DNA from: a virus
Lineage: Duplodnaviria > Caudoviricetes
Direction: 5' to 3' (one strand)
IMG/VR virus record: IMGVR_UViG_3300033076_000085
Span: 1 to 26,883 of that record
Length of the DNA: 26,883 nt
Positions 17,071 through 24,192 of this stretch are shown in pieces. Under the pieces are notes generated by a model. It had not been told where the DNA came from, made no database searches, and saw only the letters and a list, made by a program, of their open reading frames with translations. Numbering within the stretch: the stretch's first letter is position 1; each line of letters opens with the position of its first letter. The translations under genes were made by a program, and so were the position numbers.

Positions 17071-17487
17071 TTACTCAAACAAGTCCTTAACCATTTGTTC
17101 CATCCTGGCAACTTGTGCTAACACTTCATCTTTGGTTGGCTTAACTTTGCGCTTTGGATTTGGGGATGTTTCATCCCAAATTCTTTGACAAACTTGTTTC
17201 AACTCAAATGTGTCAGCAGTTTCATCTTCAATGATGGGCTGGCAGTCAGCATTGATTTGTAACGACTTTGACAATTTGCCATTTGGGAATTTAACTAGAT
17301 AGCCACGAGTTGCGTTGCGTGTAATGTAGTTCCATTGTGATGCGTTTTTGTAGTCATCAACAATGTAAGTTGTATACACGAGCCTATCTTCTACGCCCCA
17401 TAGTGTAATTGTTGTCATATGGTTGCCATTGCGGCTCATACCGCGGCTCTGGCCCACAATAGCATAGTATTGGTTCTTGAATTCCAT
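17071..17487 (-). CDS. Hypothetical protein, beta-rich N-terminus (possibly OB-fold-like)
   Basis: Start revised to ATG 17487 (GGAG RBS, MEFKNQ…); first gene of the replication operon. Fold guess is weak. Confidence 0.65.
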   Translation of the reverse strand: MEFKNQYYAIVGQSRGMSRNGNHMTTITLWGVEDRLVYTTYIVDDYKNASQWNYITRNATRGYLVKFPNGKLSKSLQINADCQPIIEDETADTFELKQVCQRIWDETSPNPKRKVKPTKDEVLAQVARMEQMVKDLFE

Positions 17488-17537
17488 GTAATCTCCGTTT
17501 CTAATTGCAGTCACCTGTGGTCAGGGAAAACATTACA

Positions 17538-17566
17538 ATTGTATAGATATTTATGAATTAAATCAA
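17538..17566 (-). promoter_or_regulatory. Sigma70-like promoter of the replication operon with an embedded ATAAATA
   Basis: TTGATT (17561-17566) - 17 nt - TACAAT (17538-17543); TAAATA at 17548-17553; an additional TTGACA at 17569-17574. Confidence 0.65.
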
Positions 17567-17647
17567 TATGTCAACAGTTTTACGGTAAAATTCGCCAATT
17601 TACCGCACAACGAATCTGTGTTGTTAAAGCAGTGGATAAATATTTGC

Positions 17648-17786
17648 GTGGGACTTGTGGTTTCCTTTCATAAAATATACTCCGTTCTTCAAATCGCACA
17701 GCGCCCTAGTTGTGCGTAAGTCCCACAGGAGAGAGCCTTGTAGAGTGGTCGCTACAGCATTTAAATGTGCAAGAGGCTCTTTTCCT
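17648..17786 (+). ncRNA. Putative ~140-nt structured RNA, the only plus-strand unit recognised
   Basis: TAAATA at 17637-17642; stem GTGGGACTT/AAGTCCCAC enclosing hairpin CGCACAGC/GTTGTGCG; second domain GAGAGCCT/AGGCTCTT enclosing two small hairpins; G-U pairs work only on the plus strand. Confidence 0.6.
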
Positions 17787-18075
17787 ACGAGCGTTCCATG
17801 GTGCGAACTGCACCCATTTTAACCACACTAAAGTCTTTGGTATTAAACAATTCATTCAACTTGTCACGCAAGTTAAATGCATGGGCAATGTTTTGAAAGT
17901 TGACCCGTGGATACTTAGGTCCAGGATATGGATGCTCAATGCTTTGATGTGTTCGCATTAGGAAAGGCTTGTTCTGGTAGTAAACTCCATATGTGAAATC
18001 TGCTTCACACACATCAATGGCCTTTTCATCAGGGTAGATGTGTTGTAATAATATTGTTGGTGCTGTTCTGCTCAT
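17785..18075 (-). CDS. Conserved hypothetical phage protein (96 aa)
   Basis: MSR.P.ILL…YPGPKY.RV.F.N.AHA.NL..KLN.LF.T.DFSVV pattern, which I recall from large uncultured tailed phages; function unknown. Confidence 0.75.
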   Translation of the reverse strand: MSRTAPTILLQHIYPDEKAIDVCEADFTYGVYYQNKPFLMRTHQSIEHPYPGPKYPRVNFQNIAHAFNLRDKLNELFNTKDFSVVKMGAVRTMERS

Positions 18076-18076
18076 G

Positions 18077-18715
18077 TTAAACTTTCATGTTAGGCACTTT
18101 AGTTGAGTCAATGATGATACCTTCCTGCCTTGCTAGAATATGTATGCGGTTGCGGCTCAAGTTATGCTTTTCAGCAATTTGTGTTCTTGTTAGTATGCCA
18201 GCCCTTAAATCAGCAAGCAAGTCCTCGCGGTCATAGGATTTCTTTTGACTAGCAAAGTCTGTGCGTCTTAGTTCAGGAGGCTTAGAATGTCCATTAGAGC
18301 CTAATGCATTGGGTGGACGAATCTTACAGTTATGCTCATCAAGTGGTGGCTTTTCCCAGTTGTAAGTGATTGTTAAGTTTGCTGCCTTTAGCCAACCAAT
18401 AGCACCAGAACTGCGAGCCAAGTCAATCCAACGCACTGCATCTAGTGTTGAAACAATAATCATGCGCCATTCGCTTGCTCTGTAGTTCATTGCCCAGGGC
18501 ACATCCATCAAGTGACTAAAGGGGATGCCAAGTGGCAGCACACAGGCTGCTCTAATATGTTCAGCAGTTACAGTTTCACTTACAAACTTGTATTGTGATT
18601 CGCCTAGGCACGCTCGCAATACACTTTGGGGACTAGGATATCGTTGTATGCCATCCCCAGCCTGAGGGTGCCATTTATTAGCCACAAGTTGGCTAGAGGG
18701 TTTTTGCATATTCAT
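18077..18715 (-). CDS. Hypothetical protein with C-terminal helix-turn-helix
   Basis: [25 protein letters not shown]. Start moved downstream of the terminator (ATG 18715 or 18709, uncertain). Confidence 0.65.
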   Translation of the reverse strand: MNMQKPSSQLVANKWHPQAGDGIQRYPSPQSVLRACLGESQYKFVSETVTAEHIRAACVLPLGIPFSHLMDVPWAMNYRASEWRMIIVSTLDAVRWIDLARSSGAIGWLKAANLTITYNWEKPPLDEHNCKIRPPNALGSNGHSKPPELRRTDFASQKKSYDREDLLADLRAGILTRTQIAEKHNLSRNRIHILARQEGIIIDSTKVPNMKV

Positions 18716-18727
18716 TTCATTGCCATT

Positions 18728-18758
18728 AAAAAAGTGAGGATGATCAGTCCTCACTTTT
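18728..18758 (-). terminator. Rho-independent (possibly bidirectional) terminator ending the late operon
   Basis: AAAAGTGAGGA-CTGATCA-TCCTCACTTTTTT after the holin gene. Confidence 0.85.
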
Positions 18759-18799
18759 ATGTATGAAATTTCCGTTTACCAGAACCTACCACTAAAGTG

Positions 18800-19246
18800 T
18801 TATGATTTGCCTGCTATTTTTTCTTGGGACCTGCCATATGCCGCAAGACCTAATACTGCACCCATCGCAATGTGATACAAACCCGCTCCTTGTAGTGTTA
18901 GTGGACTCCACTGGCTTGTAACTTGACCACCATGTAATGCTTGCAATATGCTCCACAGTATAGGGAATATAACAAAGTCACATGAGCAAGTAATCATGTA
19001 GATGAACGCCATCATTGGGCGCCACTTGGAGTTGATGAAGTTGCCAAACTTGTCATCAGTTTCAAGTGTATTAGTTGCTCCTTGAACTGCTACTTGGGCG
19101 GCAGCATCAGCAACGGCTTTAGTCTTTGCGGCTTCATCAGCACTTGACCAACCACCAGCCGCCACCTTTTCATCAATGCGCTTTTGTGCACCTGGACTCA
19201 TTGGTCCAATTACATCAGTGTCAAAGAAGTTATCTAACTTAGGCAT
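18800..19246 (-). CDS. Holin-like protein (GTA holin 3TM-like family)
   Basis: KWRPMMAFIY…DFVIFP…LGLAAYGRSQEK motifs with transmembrane helices. Confidence 0.75.
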   Translation of the reverse strand: MPKLDNFFDTDVIGPMSPGAQKRIDEKVAAGGWSSADEAAKTKAVADAAAQVAVQGATNTLETDDKFGNFINSKWRPMMAFIYMITCSCDFVIFPILWSILQALHGGQVTSQWSPLTLQGAGLYHIAMGAVLGLAAYGRSQEKIAGKS

Positions 19247-19524
19247 TATTTGATATGGTTAATCATGTAGCCAAGGAAACCAATTAGTGCTACAATGATA
19301 GTGCCAGCAGTTGTGATAAGAGCAGTATGGCTTGCGTTGTTTCGCTTTTCAATAAGTTCTTTGATTTCAGTAAAACCTTTGGATGCTGATGTTTTAATTT
19401 CCTTGACTTCAGTTTCAAGTTTATCAAAACGGTCTTCAATTACTTTAAACTTTTCTTCAATGTTCTTATATCTCCATGAACACAATTCCACATGCGTTGC
19501 TAAATCTGTTTCTTCCTTACTCAC
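19246..19524 (-). CDS. Coiled-coil protein with C-terminal transmembrane helix (possible lysis accessory)
   Basis: LATHVELC..RY motif, heptads, C-terminal TM. Start revised to GTG 19524 (GGGGA RBS, GTGA overlap with the upstream ORF). Confidence 0.75.
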   Translation of the reverse strand: MSKEETDLATHVELCSWRYKNIEEKFKVIEDRFDKLETEVKEIKTSASKGFTEIKELIEKRNNASHTALITTAGTIIVALIGFLGYMINHIK

Positions 19525-19739
19525 TGCTGTTTCCCCTGTCTGTTTAGTAGTTCTTCTACTTCTTGTTCTCTTAGATCCTGAATCAGTAACCTGCATATTC
19601 TGTTGCCTTTAAGTTCTTTTGCATTTGTTGCTATCTTGGTATTTAAAGCGGAAGTCGTAGATGGCACAACTTCCTTGAATAACAATCTGGCTTTCTTTGC
19701 TTCTGCGTAAGAGAACAGTTTTAGTTCTACTTGTTCCAT
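19521..19739 (-). CDS. Hypothetical protein (72 aa)
   Basis: AAAGGTGG RBS; the stop overlaps the next GTG start. Confidence 0.65.
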   Translation of the reverse strand: MEQVELKLFSYAEAKKARLLFKEVVPSTTSALNTKIATNAKELKGNRICRLLIQDLREQEVEELLNRQGKQQ

Positions 19740-19778
19740 CTAAACCACCTTTCATTGCTATGCTATCCTACTAATCTA

Positions 19779-21704
19779 TTAGTGCAAATCTGCCCAGGCT
19801 GAACCTGTGTAAACTTGTAGTTTTGTTGCTGTGCTATTCCACAATACCCAACCAGCGGATGGTGTTAATGCATCACGCTGTGTTGTTGTGTAAGATGGAT
19901 ATGCAACTGGTCTAGCAAGTGCAACACTAGTGTCAGTAAATGTGCCAATGGCTGTAACTGTGCCACCACCACTTGGAGTAGCAAGGATCTTTGTAGATTC
20001 TCTTGTGCCAATGTAGATACGGTCAGTGTCAGCCGCAAAGTTGTCAGTAGAAACTGACATACCAATTTCGTTTAAGCCACTTGATTTGTATACACCATCA
20101 AAGCGAGCAAAGTTTGTTGATGTGCTTGTGCCACCAACACCAAAGCGGAAGTCAATACCATCACCATCAGTTTGACCGCTTACATCAGTTCTGCTTAAAC
20201 GCATTTGTAAGCCACTTACTGTGCTGGCAGTTGAAGCAGTTCTAATAATTGATGCAAAGCCACTGCTTGTTAATGTTGTGCCTGAACCAGTGATAGCGGC
20301 CATGTTAGTGCCACTTGTGTTGTTGAAGAACACATTACCACGCTGGATTTGACCAACAACTACTGGACTTGCGTAGTTGCCAGCAAATTGTAGAACTTGC
20401 ATCTTGTGGTTACCACCAGAGTCATACATTGAACGAATAGCACTTTGTGGCGCTGTTGTTTGTGTATTGTCTGTGCCAACATATTCAAAGCCAAGCCATG
20501 GGCCACCATCTGTTGCACGAGCGGCATCAGCGCGGTTACGGGAAATTGCTACGATTGTGTTTGAAAGTGTGCCATCTGCTGTTCTGCTAAAGCGGTTCAA
20601 GTTAGGAGAATCAACAGTAACTGAGTTGACCCAGTTTGTGCCGTTGTAATACATCATTTGACCAGCGGCTGCACTTGTAATAACAACATCACTTAGTGCA
20701 TCAATACCAGTAGCATTGATCTTAGTCAATACACGAGCGTCTGTGTAGTATAAGTTTGAACCTTCTGCTAAGTTGCTTGTTGACTTAGTTGCTAGGCGTG
20801 TATCAAATGTAGAGTTGAAGTCTGCACTTGCTAGTTTTGTGCCTAATGCTGTTGTAACAGTTGTGGCAAAGTTAGGGTCATCACCAAGAGCCGCAGCCAA
20901 TTCATTTAGTGTGTCTAATGTTGTTGGAGCAGTATCAATAATTGCTGCCACAGCAGATGAGGCTGCAGAATCAGCATAAGTCTTTGTTGCAATTGTGCTT
21001 GTATCAACTGCAATAGCACCAGTTGTGCTGTTGTATGAAATGCCAGTGCCACCACTTAACGCACTTCTTGCTGAAGCATCAGTGTATTGAGTAATAGTTG
21101 TTGAGATAGCACCAGTTGTGCTGTTGTATGAAATGCCAGTGCCAGCACTTAATGCACTGCGGGCCATTGCATCAGTGTATTGTGTGATTGTAGAATCAAT
21201 GACACCAGTTGTGCTGTTGTATGAGATACCTATGCCAGCACTAATTGCACTTCTTGCTGAACCATCAGTGTATTGTGTCACAGTTGTTGCAATTACACCT
21301 GTGTCACTGTTAACTGTAATACCTGTGCCGCCAGCAACGGCTGCTCGTGCTCTTGCATCTGTGAAGTATAAGTTTGAACCTTCTGCTAATTCACCTGTGT
21401 TGATAGGAATAACAGTAGAAGTGCCAGCACGATTCTGCACCCACTTGTCAATTGCTTCTACCCAAATCAAAGCACTGTTAGCATCCGTGCCTCGTTTGAC
21501 TGCAATACCTGCATCCAATGTTGGTGTGCCAGTTACATTGCTATTAAGCATAACTGTATTATCTTCAACATTCAATGTTTGTGTGTTCAGTGTTGTTGTA
21601 TCACCGTTGACTGTTAAATTGCCTGTGACTACTAGGTCATTGTCAATCGTTGCTGATCCAGCAACTTCCAATCCATTCTTTACTCTAAAATTCTTATTTG
21701 CCAT
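19779..21704 (-). CDS. Tail fibre protein 2 (641 aa)
   Basis: MANKNFRVKNGL N-terminus, GNLTVNG beta repeats, 31-aa repeats, APTTLDTLNELAAALGDDPNFATT fibre motif, C-terminal TTTQRDAL…KLQVYTGSAW. Confidence 0.85.
   Translation of the reverse strand: MANKNFRVKNGLEVAGSATIDNDLVVTGNLTVNGDTTTLNTQTLNVEDNTVMLNSNVTGTPTLDAGIAVKRGTDANSALIWVEAIDKWVQNRAGTSTVIPINTGELAEGSNLYFTDARARAAVAGGTGITVNSDTGVIATTVTQYTDGSARSAISAGIGISYNSTTGVIDSTITQYTDAMARSALSAGTGISYNSTTGAISTTITQYTDASARSALSGGTGISYNSTTGAIAVDTSTIATKTYADSAASSAVAAIIDTAPTTLDTLNELAAALGDDPNFATTVTTALGTKLASADFNSTFDTRLATKSTSNLAEGSNLYYTDARVLTKINATGIDALSDVVITSAAAGQMMYYNGTNWVNSVTVDSPNLNRFSRTADGTLSNTIVAISRNRADAARATDGGPWLGFEYVGTDNTQTTAPQSAIRSMYDSGGNHKMQVLQFAGNYASPVVVGQIQRGNVFFNNTSGTNMAAITGSGTTLTSSGFASIIRTASTASTVSGLQMRLSRTDVSGQTDGDGIDFRFGVGGTSTSTNFARFDGVYKSSGLNEIGMSVSTDNFAADTDRIYIGTRESTKILATPSGGGTVTAIGTFTDTSVALARPVAYPSYTTTQRDALTPSAGWVLWNSTATKLQVYTGSAWADLH
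21010..21380 (-). repeat. About four tandem 93-bp (31-aa) repeats within fibre 2
   Basis: CACCAGTTGTGCTGTTGTATGA at 21017, 21110 and 21203; unit TQYTDxxARSAxSxGxGISYNSTTG. Confidence 0.9.
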
Positions 21705-21719
21705 GGTTCATTTTCCCCT

Positions 21720-24155
21720 TTAGGCTGCAATTGAAGTCTTTGTGACTTTGATAGTTGTGCTTGCATTTGTTGGTGTTACTAACAAACGCATGTTACTTCC
21801 TGATACATCAACAGATGTAGATATTAAACTTGAGCCAGAATACATCTCACCATATGTTTGAATGTATGCTGTTGTGTTGTCGTGCATTACTAGACATTCC
21901 ATGCTGTGAACGCCATTGCCAGTTGAATATGCTTGGATAACATACTTGACTGTTCTGTATGCAGTCATGTCAACTGTGTCTAGAACTTGGTTTGCTGTTG
22001 TCGCAGTTGTTACTAGTGTTGAAGAGCCAAGTGTGCCATTGCCTACACCAAAACCACCAACATTTAATGTGCCTGGTAATGTAGTGTTGCCACTAGCGTC
22101 CAACAATGTTAGTTCGCGGTATGAAGTGTTAGCGTCATTGATAGAACCAGTGTATTGACGAACAACAATTGATTCTGTGCCATTGTCACCAGTTGCTAAA
22201 ATCAATGAGCCACTATCAGTAGCACTTGCATCAGCACCAACGAACCAATAATCATTAGAGCCAGCAGTGCCACGAACACCGCGCATTGTTGTGCCTGAAT
22301 CACCAAATGTGATGTCACTTGTAACTTTGCTTAGGATGTCAAGTGTAGTTGCATTAGACTCGCCTAACTGTGAGTTGCCAATTGTCTTGAATAAGTTGTT
22401 GGCAGATACTTGAACTGAATGTGAGCCATAAGCAGCCAACACTAGTGGATAGTTTGCAGTTGTAGAAATTGTGCCTGAACCAACCGCACCCAATGACATA
22501 ACACCAACAGTTAAACTACCTGGGTTAACATCAACATTACCTGTTGCTGAAGTTAAAGTCAAGTTGCCTGTTTGGCTTGTGATTGTGTTATTGTTTGAAC
22601 TTGCCGCAACTAGAATGTTGCCAAAGTAAGCACCTGGTGCTTTGATATCATTACTGAATTCCCAAGAGTTGCTGGCACTATACCAAGCAATAGTCTTGTC
22701 ACCGCTTTGTGCGTTCTTTAATGTGATACCACCACCGTTAGCAGTAGTGTCTGTTGAACTGGCAACTGAGCCTAGTTCAATGTTTTTGTCATCTACGCTT
22801 AATGTTGTTGAGTTGATTGTTGTAGTTGTGCCATTAACAATTAAGTTGCCACTAACTGTTAAATCATTGTCAATGACTGCTTGGTTCAATACACGGAAGT
22901 AGCCATCAACAAACATGTTGCCGCCTACGCCTACGCCGCCATCAACAATTAAAGCACCAGTTGAAATAGAACTTGAATCAGTAGCAGAACTTAGACGAAC
23001 ATCACCAGCAACATTTAACTTGCCAGCAACGCCTACACCACCTGCAACTTTCAATGCGCCAGTTGTAGAACCTGTGGATTCAGTTGTTGCACTAACTGTA
23101 ACTGCGCCAGCACTGCTGATAGCACCACCAGTAGATAGTGTGCCACCAATGTTTACATTTTCCTCAACACCAAGGCCACCATTTTGAATTACAAGTGCGC
23201 CTGTGTCTTTGCTTGTAGAACCAGTTGAACCAGTTACTGTTGCAGTAGTTGCTGAAACTGTTGTGCCACTTACTGTTGTGGCTGTTAGAACACCAGCGGA
23301 AGTAAGTTGGAATTGTGGAGTAGATGGAATTGCGCCATCTGTCATCAAGAATAGTTTGTAATCAAAGTCTTCAGCACCAACTGAAACATCAGTTGCAACT
23401 ACTGCGCTTTGCATCGCTGTCTTGTCTGTTAGGCCACCATCAAGAGAAACTCTATGTGCAATACCAACACCAAAGCCTGGCTCAGCATATATTTGACCTG
23501 TTTCACTTAGGCCAGATGCAGAACCACTTGCGGCTGACAAGCCTGTGCCTGCCAATGCGTTTGCTCTTGTGCTTGCAAGATACATTGCACCTGCTGTTGA
23601 GTTGAACACATAGTAAATGTTGTTGGCTGCAATACCACTTACTGAACCAATTGAGCCAATTGAAGGGAATACAATGCGTGTGCCTGCGGCCACTGTTGGC
23701 AAACTGTTTGTTGAAGAAACAATTCTAGCACCACCAGATGTTACAATGCCAGTGTATGTAAATGGCTTTGTCACTGTGTGACTATTTGCAAGTGGATATG
23801 AAACACCGTTGTAGTTTGTATCAAGGCTTTCTGTTTCTGCACCACCAATAGACCACAATGAGCCACTTAGAATAGTTTGACCTGATATTTGCAAGTCATT
23901 GCTGTTGGCCCATTGTCCAGTGGAACCTTGATACTGTAATACTTGTTTGTCTGCTGGACCAGCAATTGTTACATCAGTTAGTTCAGTTAATACTGCTGGT
24001 GACATTGAAGCAACGCCACCAAATGTTGTGCCATCACCAACCCATAGTGGTGATACGCCTAATGCTTCTGCATCAGTTACAAAGAACGGTTCGCCTGCGG
24101 CCAACAATAGTTCTAGGCGTTGAAGGTTTGTCCCTCTTTTAATTTGTAAAGCCAT
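21720..24155 (-). CDS. Tail fibre protein 1 (811 aa), Mtd_N-like N-terminus
   Basis: MALQIKRGT…GEPFFVTD…VGDGTT N-terminus, three TGALxVxGGVGV-type repeats, C-terminal AYRTVKYVIQA…HDNTTAY..YGE domain. Confidence 0.85.
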   Translation of the reverse strand: MALQIKRGTNLQRLELLLAAGEPFFVTDAEALGVSPLWVGDGTTFGGVASMSPAVLTELTDVTIAGPADKQVLQYQGSTGQWANSNDLQISGQTILSGSLWSIGGAETESLDTNYNGVSYPLANSHTVTKPFTYTGIVTSGGARIVSSTNSLPTVAAGTRIVFPSIGSIGSVSGIAANNIYYVFNSTAGAMYLASTRANALAGTGLSAASGSASGLSETGQIYAEPGFGVGIAHRVSLDGGLTDKTAMQSAVVATDVSVGAEDFDYKLFLMTDGAIPSTPQFQLTSAGVLTATTVSGTTVSATTATVTGSTGSTSKDTGALVIQNGGLGVEENVNIGGTLSTGGAISSAGAVTVSATTESTGSTTGALKVAGGVGVAGKLNVAGDVRLSSATDSSSISTGALIVDGGVGVGGNMFVDGYFRVLNQAVIDNDLTVSGNLIVNGTTTTINSTTLSVDDKNIELGSVASSTDTTANGGGITLKNAQSGDKTIAWYSASNSWEFSNDIKAPGAYFGNILVAASSNNNTITSQTGNLTLTSATGNVDVNPGSLTVGVMSLGAVGSGTISTTANYPLVLAAYGSHSVQVSANNLFKTIGNSQLGESNATTLDILSKVTSDITFGDSGTTMRGVRGTAGSNDYWFVGADASATDSGSLILATGDNGTESIVVRQYTGSINDANTSYRELTLLDASGNTTLPGTLNVGGFGVGNGTLGSSTLVTTATTANQVLDTVDMTAYRTVKYVIQAYSTGNGVHSMECLVMHDNTTAYIQTYGEMYSGSSLISTSVDVSGSNMRLLVTPTNASTTIKVTKTSIAA

Positions 24156-24192
24156 CTTAAAATCCTTATTTGTTGATTAGTTGATCATCTAA

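Noticed and set aside
17648-17786. tRNA
   Set aside because: No T-loop GTTC motif, D-loop or cloverleaf geometry.
17710-17961. 83-aa plus-strand ORF after the plus-strand TAAATA
   Set aside because: TTG start inside a stem, no RBS, and it overlaps a conserved-looking minus-strand gene. A structured RNA explains the region better.
18716-18754. GTG start at 18754 for the HTH gene, and the extended starts at 13395, 13814, 14191, 12974 and 19596
   Set aside because: They run through terminators, origin repeats, promoters or upstream genes. Downstream starts have better RBS or overlap coupling.
19779-24155. Diversity-generating retroelement suggested by the Mtd_N-like fibre and repeats
   Set aside because: No reverse transcriptase in the genome. 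The repeats are in-frame tandem coding units, not a TR/VR pair with adenine-specific differences.
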